Program-made: the position numbers and the translations under genes
The notes under the pieces: model-generated
The model's database searches: none
Told to the model about the DNA's origin: nothing
What the model saw: the letters and a program-made list of their open reading frames with translations, nothing else
In this document: one piece after another, positions 1-14,400 of the stretch
Position numbering within the stretch: the first letter of the stretch is position 1
How the letters are laid out: every line of letters starts with the position of its first letter
Origin: Yuukianura sp. NJ FZ-2021
Taxonomy: Eukaryota
Assembly: GCA_046563655.1 (NCBI GenBank)
Contig: CM102285.1
Span: 7,316,001-7,380,000 of the forward strand
Length of the DNA stretch: 64,000 nucleotides
Reading direction: 5' to 3'

Positions 1-2441
1 TTTGAAACATGAATTTTCATAAATAAAGGTAACAAGATGAGGGCGACACAGCAAGTGAAAGTGGGTTACTGTAGCACTTTTTATGAGGAATTAAGAAATG
101 TAGTTGACTTTTACCCAGCATGGTTCCGGAATGCATTTCTTTTGAATTCTTTGTTTTGAAACATGAGTTTTCATAAATAAAAGGAACAAGATCACGGACG
201 ACACAGCAAGTGAAAGTGGGTTGCGTAGCACTTTTTACGAGGAATTCAGAAATGTAGTTGACTTTTACCCAGCATCGTTCCGGAATGCATTTCTTTTGAA
301 TTCTTTGTTTTGAAACATGAATTTTCATAAATAAAGGGAACAAGATGAGTGACGACACAGCAAGTGAAAGTGGGTTCCTGTAGCACTTTTTATGAGGATT
401 TCAAAAATGTAATCTACTCTTCGTTCATTCTCACATTTGCATGTTCATTCTCACAAATTTAAGTCGTTTTACGTCGAAATGGTGCTCGGCATTACCCTGG
501 GTGCGGTATAAAAACCCCAGATAAAATTCGAGGCGGAGCGATTAATCCCGACTTTTAAGTCCGCTCTATCCAGCTTTAATGGCGATCTATGCACACCAAT
601 TAAACTTGGGGTCCTGCAGTACTTTTCAGGAGGAGTTCAGACAAGTAAGTCATTTTCACCCGGCATCGTTCCGCTCTGAGGTTTTTCGAATGCTTCGTTT
701 TGAAACAAATTTTCATAAATAAAAGTAACAAGATGAGGGACGACACAGCAAGTGAAATTGGGTTCATGTAGCCTTTTTTATGAGGATTTCAAAACTGTAG
801 TTGACTTTTACAAAGTATCATTCCGGAGTGCAACTTTCTTGAAATGTTATTTTGAAACATGAATTTTCATAAATAAAGGTAACAAGATGAAGGACGACAC
901 AGCAAATGAAAGTGGTTTCCTGTAGCACTTTTTATGAGGAATTCAGAAATGTAGTTGACTTTTACCCAGCATCGTTCCGGAATGCATTTCTTTTGAATTC
1001 TTTGTTTTGAAACATGAATTTTCATAAATGAAGGGAACAAGATGAGTGACGACACAGCAAGTGAAAGTGGGTTCCTGTAGCACTTTTTATGAGGATTTCA
1101 AAAATGTAGTTTACTCTTCGTTCATTCTCACATTTGCATGATCATTCTCACAAATTTAAGTCGTTTTACGCCAAAATGGTGCTCGGCATTACCCTGGGTG
1201 CGGTATAAAAACCCCAGATAAAATTCGAGGCGGAGCGATTAATCCCGACTTTAAAGTCCGCTCTATCCAGCTTTAATGGCGATCTATCCACACCAATTAC
1301 TGTTCAGATCAAAAAAGAAACCGCAAAAACACCTGCAATCTGTCATGTGCTTTTTTCCTATAAGGAAAAAGAAGCTACTCACTCCTGCCTTCCTTTTTGA
1401 GAAAAGAGGGAAGATTCTTTTTTGACAGCAAAAAAGAAGAGAATTAGAAATTGCGCGGCATGCAGGTGTTATCTCTAGAAACTATTTTTTTTGTGAGTTC
1501 TTCCTTCAGAAAAAAATCATTTGTTGACGGTAACACCTGCAAGCCGCGCAACTTGAAATTCTCTTCCTTTTCGCTGTCAAAAAAGAATCTTCCCTCTTTT
1601 CTCAGGGAAGGAAGGCAGGAGTGAGTAGCGTCTTTTTCCTTATGGGAAAAAAGCACATGACAGATTGCAGGTGTTTTTGCGGTTTCTTTTTTGATCTGAA
1701 CAGTAAACTTGGGGTCCTGCATTACTTTTCAGGAGGATTTCAGAAAAGTAAGTCATTTTCACCCGGCATCGTTCCGCACTGAGGTTTTTCGAATGTTTTG
1801 TTTTGAAACAAATTTTCATAAATAAAAGTAACGAGACCAGGGACGACACAGCAAGTGAAATTGGGTTCATGTAGCCTTTTTTATGAGGATTTCAAAACTG
1901 TAGTTGACGTTTACCCAGTATCGTTGCGGAGTGCAACTTTCTTGAATTTGTTGTTTTGAAACATGAATTTTCATAAATAAAGGTAACAAGATGAGGGACG
2001 ACACAGCAAGTGAAAGTGGGTTCCTGTAGCACTTTTTATGGGGAATTTAGAAATATAGTTGACTTTTACCCAGCATCGTTCCGGAATGCATTTCTTTTGA
2101 ATTCTTTGTTTTGAAACATGAATTTTCATAAATAAAGGTAACAAGATGAGGGACGACACAGCAAGTGAAAGTAGATTCCTGTAGCACTTTTTATGAGGAT
2201 TTCAAAAATGTAATTTACTTTACGTTCATTCTCACATTTGCATGTTCATTCTTACAAATTTAAGTCGTTTTGCGTCAAAATGGTGCTCGGCATTACCCTG
2301 GGTGCGGTATAAAAATCCCAGATAAAATTTGAGGCGGAGCGATTAATCCCGACTTTTAAGTCCGCTCTATCCAGCTTTAATGGCGATCTATCCACACCAA
2401 TTAAACTTGGGGTCCTGCAGTACTTTTCAGGAGGATTTCAG
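1..2441 (-). repeat. Satellite array, ~697-bp composite unit, reverse orientation
   Basis: Reverse complement of the unit that dominates 2462-39435 (e.g. GACGACACAGCAAGTGAAA recurring every ~155 bp). Interrupted by a MITE at 1300-1703. Confidence 0.97.
1300..1703. mobile_element. 404-bp fold-back MITE, TA target duplication (Tc1/mariner-superfamily-like, non-autonomous)
   Basis: Starts CTGTTCAGATCAAAAAAGAAACCGCAAAAACACCTGCAATCTGTCATGTGC and ends with its reverse complement (...GATCTGAACAG). Imperfect arms run almost to the centre (~1500). Flanked by TA at 1298-1299 and 1704-1705, where the empty satellite site reads CAATTAAACTT. Superfamily is inferred from the TA duplication only. Confidence 0.9.
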
Positions 2442-2461
2442 AAAAGTAAGTCATTTTCACC

Positions 2462-5400
2462 CTGAAATCCTCCTGAAAAGTACTGCAGGACCCCAAGTTT
2501 AATTGGTGTGGATAGATCGCCATTAAAGCTGGATAGAGCGGACTTAAAAGTCGGGATTAATCGCTCCGCCTCGAATTTTATTTGGGGTTTTTATACCGCA
2601 CCCAGGGTAATGCCGAGCACCATTTTGACGCAAAACGACTTAAATTTGTGAGAATGAACATGCAAATGTGAGAATGAACGTAAAGTAAATTACATTTTTG
2701 AAATCCTCATAAAAAGTGCTACAGGAACCCACTTTCACTTGCTGTGTCGTCCCTCATCTTGTTACCTTTATTTATGAAAATTCATGTTTCAAAACAAAGA
2801 ATTCAAAAGAAATGCATTCCGGAACGATGCTGGGTAAAAGTCAACTACATTTCTGAATTCCTCATAAAAAGTGCTACAGGAACCCACTTTCATTTGCTGT
2901 GTCGTCCCTCATCTTGTTACCTTTATTTATGAAAATTCATGTTTCAAAACAACATTTCAAGAAAGTTGCACTCCGGAATGATACTGGGTAAAAGTCAACT
3001 ACAGTTTTGAAATCCTCATAAAAAAGGCTACATGAACCCAATTTCACTTGCTGTGTCGTCCCTCATCTCGTTACTTTTATTTATGAAAATTTGTTTCAAA
3101 ACAAAGCATTCGAAAAACCTCAGTGCGGAACGATGCCGGGTGAAAATGACTTACTTTTCTGAACTCCTCCTGAAAAGTACTGCAGGACCCCAAGTATAAT
3201 TGGTGTGGATAGGTCGCCATTAAAGCTGGATAGAGCGGACATAAAAGTCGGGATTAATTGCTCCGCCTCGAATTCTATCTGGGGTTTTTATACCGCACCC
3301 AGGGTAATGCCGAGCACCATTTCGACGTAAAACGACTTAAATTTGTGAGAATGAACATGCAAATGTGAGAATGAACGAAGAGTAGATTACATTTTTGAAA
3401 TCCTCATAAAAAGTGCTACAATAACCCACTTTCACTTGCTGTGTCGTCACTCATCTTGTTCCCTTTATTTATGAAAATTCATGTTTCAAAACAAAGAATT
3501 CAAAAGAAATGCATTCCGGAACGATGCTGGGTAAAAGTCAACTACATTTCTGAATTCCTCATAAAAAGTGCTACAGGAAACCACTTTCATTTGCTGTGTC
3601 GTCCCTCATCTTGTTACCTTTATTTATGAAAATTCATGTTTCAAAACAACATTTCAAGAAAGTTGCACTCCGGAATGATACTTTGTAAAAGTCAACTACA
3701 GTTTTGAAATCCTCATAAAAAAGGCTACATGAACCCAATTTCACTTGCTGTGTCGTCCCTCATCTCGTTACTTTTATTTATGAAAATTTGTTTCAAAACG
3801 AAGCATTCGAAAAACCTCAGAGCGGAACGATTCCGGGTGAAAATGACTTACTTTTCTGAACTCCTCCTGAAAAGTACTGCAGGACCCCAAGTTTAATTGG
3901 TGTGCATAGATCGCCATTAAAGCTGGATAGAGCGGACTTAAAAGTCGGGATTAATCGCTCCGCCTCGAATTTTATCTGGGGTTTTTATACCGCACCCAGG
4001 GTAATGCCGAGCACCATTTCGACGTAAAACGACTTAAATTTGTGAGAATGAACATGCAAATGTGAGAATGAACGAAGAGTAGATTACATTTTTGAAATCC
4101 TCATAAAAAGTGCTACAGGAACCCACTTTCACTTGCTGTGTCGTCACTCATCTTGTTCCCTTTATTTATGAAAATTCATGTTTCAAAACAAAGAATTCAA
4201 ACGAAATGCATTCCGGAACGATGCTGGGTAAAAGTCAACTACATTTCTGAATTCCTCATAAAAAGTGCTACAGGAACCCACTTTCATTTGCTGTGTCGTC
4301 CCTCATCTTGTTACCTTTATTTATGAAAATTCATGTTTCAAAACAACATTTCAAGAAAGTTGCACTCCGGAATGATACTGGGTAAAAGTCAACTACAGTT
4401 TTGAAATCCTCATAAAAAAGGCTACATGAACCCAATTTCACTTGCTGTGTCGTCCCTCATCTCGTTACTTTTATTTATGAAAATTTGTTTCAAAACAAAG
4501 CATTCGAAAAACCTCAGTGCGGAACGATGCCGGGTGAAAATGACTTACTTTTCTGAACTCCTCCTGAAAAGTACTGCAGGACCCCAAGTATAATTGGTGT
4601 GGATAGATCGCCATTAAAGCTGGATAGAGCGGACATAAAAGTCGGGATTAATCGCTCCGCCTCGAATTCTATCTGGGGTTTTTGTACCGCACCCAGGGTA
4701 ATGCCGAGCACCATTTCGATGTAAAACGACTTAAATTTGTGAGAATGAACATGCAAATGTGAGAATGAACGAAGAGTAGATTACATTTTTGAAATCCTCA
4801 TAAAAAGTGCTACAGGAACCCACTTTCACTTGCTGTGTCGTCACTCATCTTGTTCCCTTTATTTATGAAAATTCATGTTTCAAAACAAAGAATTCAAAAG
4901 AAATGCATTCCGGAACGATGCTGGGTAAAAGTCAACTACATTTCTGAATTCCTCATAAAAAGTGCTACAGGAAACCACTTTCATTTGCTGTGTCGTCCCT
5001 CATCTTGTTACCTTTATTTATGAAAATTCATGTTTCAAAACAACATTTCAAGAAAATTGCACTCCGGAATGATACTGGGTGAAAGTCAACTACAGTTTTG
5101 AAATCCTCATAAAAAAGGCTACATGAACCCAATTTCACTTGCTGTGTCGTCCCTCATCTCGTTACTTTTATTTATGAAAATTTGTTTCAAAACAAAGCAT
5201 TCGAAAAACCTCAGTGCGGAACGATGCCGGGTGAAAATGACTTACTTTTCTGAACTCCTCCTGAAAAGTACTGCAGGACCCCAAGTATAATTGGTGTGGA
5301 TAGATCGCCATTAAAGCTGGAAAGAGCGGACATAAAAGTCGGGATTAATCGCTCCGCCTCGAATTCTATCTGGGGTTTTTATACCGCACCCAGGGTAATG

Positions 5401-8400
5401 CCGAGCACCATTTTGACGTAAAACGACTTAAATTTGTGAGAATGAACATGCAAATGTGGGAATGAACGAAGAGTAAATTACATTTTTGAAATCCTCATAA
5501 AAAGTGCTACAGGAACCTACTTTCACTTGCTGAGTCGTCACTCATCTTGTTCCCTTTATTTATGAAAATTCATGTTTCAAAACAAAGAATTCAAAAGAAA
5601 TGCATTCCGGAACGATGCTGGATAAAAGTCGACTACATTTCTGAATTCCTCATAAAAAGTGCTACAGGAACCCACTTTGATTTGCTGTGTCGTCCCTCAT
5701 CTTGTTACGTTTATTTATGAAAATTCATGTTTCAAAACAACATTTCAAGAAAGTTGCACTCCGGAACGATACTGGGTAAAAGTCAACTACAGTTTTGAAA
5801 TCCTCATAAAAAAGGCTACATGAACCCAATTTCACTTGCTGTGTCGTCCTTCATCTCGTTACTTTTATTTATGAAAATTTGTTTCAAAACAAAGCATTCG
5901 AAAACCTCAGTGCGGAACGATGCCGGGTGAAAATGACTTACTTTTCTGAACTCCTCCTGAAAAGTACTGCAGGACCCCAAGTTTAATTGGTGTGGATAGA
6001 TCGCCATTAAAGCTGGATAGAGCGGACTTTAAAGTCGGGATTAATCGCTCCGCCTCGAATTTTATCTGGGGTTTTTATACCGCACCCAGGGTAATGCCGA
6101 GCACCATTTTGACGTAAAACGACTTAAATTTGTGAGAATGAACAGGCAAATGTGAGAATGAACGAAAAGTAAATTACATTTTTGAAATCCTCATAAAAAG
6201 TGCTACAGGAACCCACTTTCACTTGCTGTGTCGTCCCTCAGCTTGTTACCTTTATTTTTGAAAATTCATGTTTCAAAACAACAAATTCAAGAAAGTTGCA
6301 CTCCGGAACGATACTGGGTACAAGTCAACTACAGTTTTGAAATCCTCATACAAAAAGCTACATGAATCCAATTCCACTTGCTGTGTCGTCCCTCATCTTG
6401 TTACTTTTATTTATGAAAATTTGTTTCAAAACAAAGCATTCGAAAAACCTCAGTGCGGAACGATGCCGGGTGAAAATGACTTACTTTTCTGAACTCCTCC
6501 TGAAAAGTACTGCAGGACCCCAAGTTTAATTGGTGTGGACAGATCGCTATTAAAGCTGGATATAGCGGACATAAAAGTCGGGATTAATCGCTCCGCCTCG
6601 AATTCTATCTGGGGTTTTTATACCGCACCCAGGGTAATGCCGAGCACCATTTCGACGTAAAACGACTTAAATTTGTGAGAATGAACATGCAAATGTGAGA
6701 ATGAACGAAGAGTAGATTACATTTTTGAAATCCTCATAAAAAGTGCTTCAGGAACCCACTTTCACTTGCTGTGTCGTCACTCATCTTGTTCCCTTTATTT
6801 ATGAAAATTCATGTTTCAAAACAAAGAATTCAAACGAAATGCATTCCGGAACGATGCTGGGTAAAAGTCAACTACATTTCTGAATTCCTCATAAAAAGTG
6901 CTACAGGAACCCACTTTCATTTGCTGTGTCGTCCCTCATCTTGTTACCTTTATTTATGAAAATTCATGTTTCAAAACAACATTTCAAGAAAGTTGCACTC
7001 CGGAATGATACTGGGTAAAAGTCAACTACAGTTTTGAAATCCTCATAAAAAAGGCTACATGAACCCAATTTCACTTGCTGTGTCGTCCCTCATCTCGTTA
7101 CTTTTATTTATGAAAATTTGTTTCAAAACAAAGCATTCGAAAAACCTCAGTGCGGAACGATGCCGGGTGAAAATGACTTACTTTTCTGAACTCCTCCTGA
7201 AAAGTACTGCAGGACCCCAAGTATAATTGGTGTGGATAGGTCGCCATTAAAGCTGGATAGAGCGGACATAAAAGTCGGGATTAATTGCTCCGCCTCGAAT
7301 TCTATCTGGGGTTTTTATACCGCACCCAGGGTAATGCCGAGCACCATTTCGACGTAAAACGACTTAAATTTGTGAGAATGAACATGCAAGTGTGAGAATG
7401 AACGAAGAGTAGATTACATTTTTGAAATCCTCATAAAAAGTGCTACAGGAACCCACTTTCACTTGCTGTGTCGTCACTCATCTTGTTCCCTTTATTTATG
7501 AAAATTCATGTTTCAAAACAAAGAATTCAAAAGAAATGCATTCCGGAACGATGCTGGGTAAAAGTGAACTACATTTCTGAATTCCTCATAAAAAGTGCTA
7601 CAGGAACCCACTTTCATTTGCTGTGTCGTCCCTCATCTTGTTACCTTTATTTATGAAAATTCATGTTTCAAAACAACATTTCAAGAAAGTTGCACTCCGG
7701 AACGATACTGGGTAAAAGTCAACTACAGTTTTGAAATCCTCATAAAAAAGGCTACATGAACCCAATTTCACTTGCTGTGTCGTCCCTCATCTCGTTACTT
7801 TTATTTATGAAAATTTGTTTCAAAACAAAGCATTCGAAAAACCTCAGTGCGGAACGATGCCGGGTGAAAATGACTTACTTTTCTGAACTCCTCCTGAAAA
7901 GTACTGCAGGACCCCAAGTATAATTGGTGTGGATAGATCGCCATTAAAGCTGGATAGAGCGGACATAAAAGTCGGGATTAATCGCTCCGCCTCGAATTCT
8001 ATCTGGGGTTTTTATACCGCACCCAGGGTAATGCCGAGCACCATTTCGACGTAAAACGACTTAAATTTGTGAGAGTGAACATGCAAATGTGAGAATGAAC
8101 GAAGAGTAGATTACATTTTTGAAATCCTCATAAAAAGTGCTACAGGAACCCACTTTCACTTGCTGTGTCGTCACTCATCTTGTTCCCTTTATTTATGAAA
8201 ATTCATGTTTCAAAACAAAGAATTCAAAAGAAATGCATTCCGGAACGATGCTGGGTAAAAGTCAACTACATTTCTGAATTCCTCATAAAAAGTGCTACAG
8301 GAAACCACTTTCATTTGCTGTGTCGTCCCTCATCTTGTTACCTTTATTTATGAAAATTCATGTTTCAAAACAACATTTCAAGAAAGTTGCACTCCGGAAT

Positions 8401-11400
8401 GATACTGGGTGAAAGTCAACTACAGTTTTGAAATCCTCATAAAAAAGGCTACATGAACCCAATTTCACTTGCTGTGTCGTCCCTCATCTCGTTACTTTTA
8501 TTTATGAAAATTTGTTTCAAAACAAAGCATTCGAAAAACCTCAGTGCGGAACGATGCCGGGTGAAAATGACTTACTTTTCTGAACTCCTCCTGAAAAGTA
8601 CTGCAGGACCCCAAGTTTAATTGGTGTGGATAGATCGCCATTAAAGCTGGAAAGAGCGGACATAAAAGTCGGGATTAATCGCTCCGCCTCGAATTTTATC
8701 TGGGGTTTTTATACCGCACCCAGGGTAATGCCGAGCACCATTTTGACGCAAAACGAATTAAATTTGTAAGAATGAACATGCAAATGTGGGAATGAACGAA
8801 GAGTAAATTACATTTTTGAAATCCTCATAAAAAGTGCTACAGGAACCTACTTTCACTTGCTGAGTCGTCACTCATCTTGTTCCCTTTATTTATGAAAATT
8901 CATTTTTCAAAACAAAGAATTCAAAAGAAATGCATTCCGGAACGATGCTGGGTAAAAGTCAACTACATTTCTGAATTCCTCATAAAAAGTGCTACAGGAA
9001 CCCACTTTGATTTGCTGTGTCGTCCCTCATCTTGTTACGTTTATTTATGAAAATTCATGTTTCAAAACAACATTTCAAGAAAGTTGCACTCCGGAACGAT
9101 ACTGGGTAAAAGTCAACTACAGTTTTGAAATCCTCATAAAAAAGGCTACATGAACCCAATTTCACTTGCTGTGTCGTCCCTCATCTCGTTACTTTTATTT
9201 ATGAAAATTTGTTTCAAAACAAAGCATTCGAAAACCTCAGTGCGGAACGATGCCGGGTGAAAATGACTTACTTTTCTGAACTCCTCCTGAAAAGTACTGC
9301 AGGACCCCAAGTTTAATTGGTGTGGATAGATCGCCATTAAAGCTGGATAGAGCGGACTTTAAAGTCGGGATTAATCGCTCCGCCTCGAATTTTATCTGGG
9401 GTTTTTATACCGCACCCAGGGTAATGCCGAGCACCATTTTGACGTAAAACGACTTAAATTTGTGAGAATGAACAGGCAAATGTGAGCATGAACGAAAAGT
9501 AAATTACATTTTTGAAATCCTCATAAAAAGTGCTACAGGAACCCACTTTCACTTGCTGTGTCGTCCCTCAGCTTGTTACCTTTATTTTTTCAAAACAACA
9601 AATTCAAGAAAGTTGCACTCCGGAACGATACTGGGTACAAGTCAACTACAGTTTTGAAATCCTCATACAAAAAGCTACATGAATCCAATTCCACTTGCTG
9701 TGTCGTCCCTCATCTTGTTACTTTTATTTATGAAAATTTGTTTCAAAACAAAGCATTCGAAAAACCTCAGTGCGGAACGATGCCGGGTGAAAATGACTTA
9801 CTTTTCTGAACTCCTCCTGAAAAGTACTGCAGGACCCCAAGTTTAATTGGTGTGGACAGATCGCTATTAAAGCTGGATAGAGCGGACATAAAAGTCGGGA
9901 TTAATCGCTCCGCCTCGAATTCTATCTGGGGTTTTTATACCGCACCCAGGGTAATGCCGAGCACCATTTCGACGTAAAACGACTTAAATTTGTGAGAATG
10001 AACATGCAAATGTGAGAATGAACGAAGAGTAGATTACATTTTTGAAATCCTCATAAAAAGTGCTACAGGAACCCACTTTCACTTGCTGTGTCGTCACTCA
10101 TCTTGTTCCCTTTATTTATGAAAATTCATGTTTCAAAACAAAGAATTCAAAAGAAATGCATTCCGGAACGATGCTGGGTAAAAGTCAACTACATTTCTGA
10201 ATTCCTCATAAAAAGTGCTACAGGAAACCACTTTCATTTGCTGTGTCGTCCCTCATCTTGTTACCTTTATTTATGAAAATTCATGTTTCAAAACAACATT
10301 TCAAGAAAGTTGCACTCCGGAATGATACTGGGTAAAAGTCAACTACAGTTTTGAAATCCTCATAAAAAAGACTACATGATCCCAATTTCACTTGCTGTGT
10401 CGTCCCTCATCTCGTTACTTTTATTTATGAAAATTTGTTTCAAAACAAAGCATTCGAAAAACCTCAGTGCGGAACGATGCCGGGTGAAAATGACTTACTT
10501 TTCTGAACTCCTCCTGAAAAGTGCTGCAGGACCCCAAGTATAATTGTTGTGGATAGATCGCCGTTAAAGCTGGATAGAGCGGACATAAAAGTCGGGATTA
10601 ATCGCTCCGCCTCGAATTCTATCTGGGGTTTTTATACCGCACCCAGGGTAATGCCGAGCACCATTTTGACGTAAAACGACTTAAATTTGTGAGAATGAAC
10701 ATGCAAATGTGGGAATGAACGAAGAGTAAATTACATTTTTGAAATCCTCATAAAAAGTGCTACAGGAACCCACTTTCACTTGCTGTGTCGTCACTCATCT
10801 TGTTCCCTTTATTTATGAAAATTCATGTTTCAAAACAAAGAATTCAAAAGAAATGCATTCCGTAACGATGCTGGGTAAAAGTCAACTACATTTCTGAATT
10901 CCTCATAAAAAGTGCTACAGTAACCCACTTTCACTTGCTGTGTCGTCCCTCATCTTGTTACCTTTATTTTTGAAAATTCATGTTTCCAAACAACAAATTC
11001 AAGAAAGTTGCACTCCGGAACGATACTGGGTAAAAGTCAACTACAGTTTTGAAATCCTCATACAAAAAGCTACATGAATCCAATTCCACTTGCTGTGTCG
11101 TCCCTCATCTTGTTACTTTTATTTATGAAAATTTGTTTCAAAACAAAGCATTCGAAAAACCTCAGTGCGGAACGATGCCGGGTGAAAATGACTTACTTTT
11201 CTGAACTCCTCCTGAAAAGTACTGCAGGACCCCAACTTTAATTGGTGTGGACAGATCGCTATTAAAGCTGGATAGAGCGGACATAAAAGTCGGGATTAAT
11301 CGCTCCGCCTCGAATTCTATCTGGGGTTTTTATACCGCACCCAGGGTAATGCCGAGCACCATTTCGACGTAAAACGACTTAAATTTGTGAGAATGAACAT

Positions 11401-14400
11401 GCAAATGTGAGAATGAACGAAGAGTAGATTACATTTTTGAAATCCTCATAAAAAGTGCTACAGGAACCCACTTTCACTTGCTGTGTCGTCACTCATCTTG
11501 TTCCCTTTATTTATGAAAATTCATGTTTCAAAACAAAGAATTCAAAAGAAATGCATTCCGTAACGATGCTGGGTAAAAGTCAACTACATTTCTGAATTCC
11601 TCATAAAAAGTGCTACAGTAACCCACTTTCACTTGCTGTGTCGTCCCTCATCTTGTTACCTTTATTTTTGAAAATTCATGTTTCCAAACAACAAATTCAA
11701 GAAAGTTGCACTCCGGAATGATACTGGGTAAAAGTCAACTACAGTTTTGAAATCCTCATACAAAAAGCTACATGAATCCAATTCCACTTGCTGTGTCGTC
11801 CCTCATCTTGTTACTTTTATTTATGAAAATTTGTTTCAAAACAAAGCATTCGAAAAACCTCAGTGCGGAACGATGCCGGGTGAAAATGACTTACTTTTCT
11901 GAACTCCTCCTGAAAAGTACTGCAGGACCCCAAGTTTAATTGGTGTGGACAGATCGCTATTAAAGCTGGATAGAGCGGACATAAAAGTCGGGATTAATCG
12001 CTCCGCCTCGAATTCTATCTGGGGTTTTTATACCGCACCCAGGGTAATGCCGAGCACCATTTCGACGTAAAACGACTTAAATTTGTGAGAATGAACATGC
12101 AAATGTGAGAATGAACGAAGAGTAGATTACATTTTTGAAATCCTCATAAAAAGTGCTACAGGAACCCACTTTCACTTGCTGTGTCGTCACTCATCTTGTT
12201 CCCTTTATTTATGAAAATTCATGTTTCAAAACAAAGAATTCAAAAGAAATGCATTCCGTAACGATGCTGGGTAAAAGTCAACTACATTTCTGAATTCCTC
12301 ATAAAAAGTGCTACAGTAACCCACTTTCACTTGCTGTGTCGTCCCTCATCTTGTTACCTTTATTTATGAAAATTCATGTTTCAAAACAACAAATTCAAGA
12401 AAGTTGCACTCCGGAACGATACTGGGTAGAAGTCAACTACAGTTTTGAAATCCTCATAAAAAAGGCTACATGAACCCAATTTCACTTGCTGTGTCGTCCC
12501 TCATCTCGTTACTTTTATTTATGAAAATTTGTTTCAAAACGAAGCATTCGAAAAACCTCAGAGCGGAACGATGCCGGGTGAAAATGACTTACTTTTCTGA
12601 ACTCCTCCTGAAAAGTACTGCAGGACCCCAAGTTTAATTGGTGTGCATAGATCGCCATTAAAGCTGGATAGAGCGGACTTAAAAGTCGGAATTAATCGCT
12701 CCGCCTCGAATTTTATCTGGGGTTTTTATACCGCACCCAGGGTAATGCCGAGCACCATTTTGACGTAAAACGACTTAAATTTGTGAGAATGAACAGGCAA
12801 ATGTGAGCATGAACGAAAAGTAAATTACATTTTTGAAATCCTCATAAAAAGTGCTACAGGAACCCACTTTCACTTGCTGTGTCGTCCCTCAGCTTGTTAC
12901 CTTTATTTTTGAAAATTCATGTTTCAAAACAACAAATTCAAGAAAGTTGCACTCCGGAACGATACTGGGTACAAGTCAACTACAGTTTTGAAATCCTCAT
13001 ACAAAAAGCTACATGAATCCAATTCCACTTGCTGTGTCGTCCCTCATCTTGTTACTTTTATTTATGAAAATTTGTTTCAAAACAAAGCATTCGAAAAACC
13101 TCAGTGCGGAACGATGCCGGGTGAAAATGACTTACTTTTCTGAACTCCTCCTGAAAAGTACTGCAGGACCCCAAGTTTAATTGGTGTGGACAGATCGCTA
13201 TTAAAGCTGGATAGAGCGGACATAAAAGTCGGGATTAATCGCTCCGCCTCGAATTCTATCTGGGGTTTTTATACCGCACCCAGGGTAATGCCGAGCACCA
13301 TTTCGACGTAAAACGACTTAAATTTGTGAGAATGAACATGCAAATGTGAGAATGAACGAAGAGTAGATTACATTTTTGAAATCCTCATAAAAAGTGCTAC
13401 AGGAACCCACTTTCACTTGCTGTGTCGTCACTCATCTTGTTCCCTTTATTTATGAAAATTCATGTTTCAAAACAAAGAATTCAAAAGAAATGCATTCCGG
13501 AACGATGCTGGGTAAAAGTCAACTACATTTCTGAATTCCTCATAAAAAGTGCTACAGGAAACCACTTTCATTTGCTGTGTCGTCCCTCATCTTGTTACCT
13601 TTATTTATGAAAATTCATGTTTCCAAACAACAAATTCAAGAAAGTTGCACTCCGGAATGATACTGGGTAAAAGTCAACTACAGTTTTGAAATCCTCATAA
13701 AAAAGACTACATGATCCCAATTTCACTTGCTGTGTCGTCCCTCATCTCGTTACTTTTATTTATGAAAATTTGTTTCAAAACAAAGCATTCGAAAAACCTC
13801 AGTGCGGAACGATGCCGGGTGAAAATGACTTACTTTTCTGAACTCCTCCTGAAAAGTACTGCAGGACCCCAACTTTAATTGGTGTGGACAGATCGCTATT
13901 AAAGCTGGATAGAGCGGACATAAAAGTCGGGATTAATCGCTCCGCCTCGAATTCTATCTGGGGTTTTTATACCGCACCCAGGGTAATGCCGAGCACCATT
14001 TCGACGTAAAACGACTTAAATTTGTGAGAATGAACATGCAAATGTGAGAATGAACGAAGAGTAGATTACATTTTTGAAATCCTCATAAAAAGTGCTACAG
14101 GAACCCACTTTCACTTGCTGTGTCGTCACTCATCTTGTTCCCTTTATTTATGAAAATTCATGTTTCAAAACAAAGAATTCAAAAGAAATGCATTCCGTAA
14201 CGATGCTGGGTAAAAGTCAACTACATTTCTGAATTCCTCATAAAAAGTGCTACAGTAACCCACTTTCACTTGCTGTGTCGTCCCTCATCTTGTTACCTTT
14301 ATTTTTGAAAATTCATGTTTCCAAACAACAAATTCAAGAAAGTTGCACTCCGGAATGATACTGGGTAAAAGTCAACTACAGTTTTGAAATCCTCATACAA

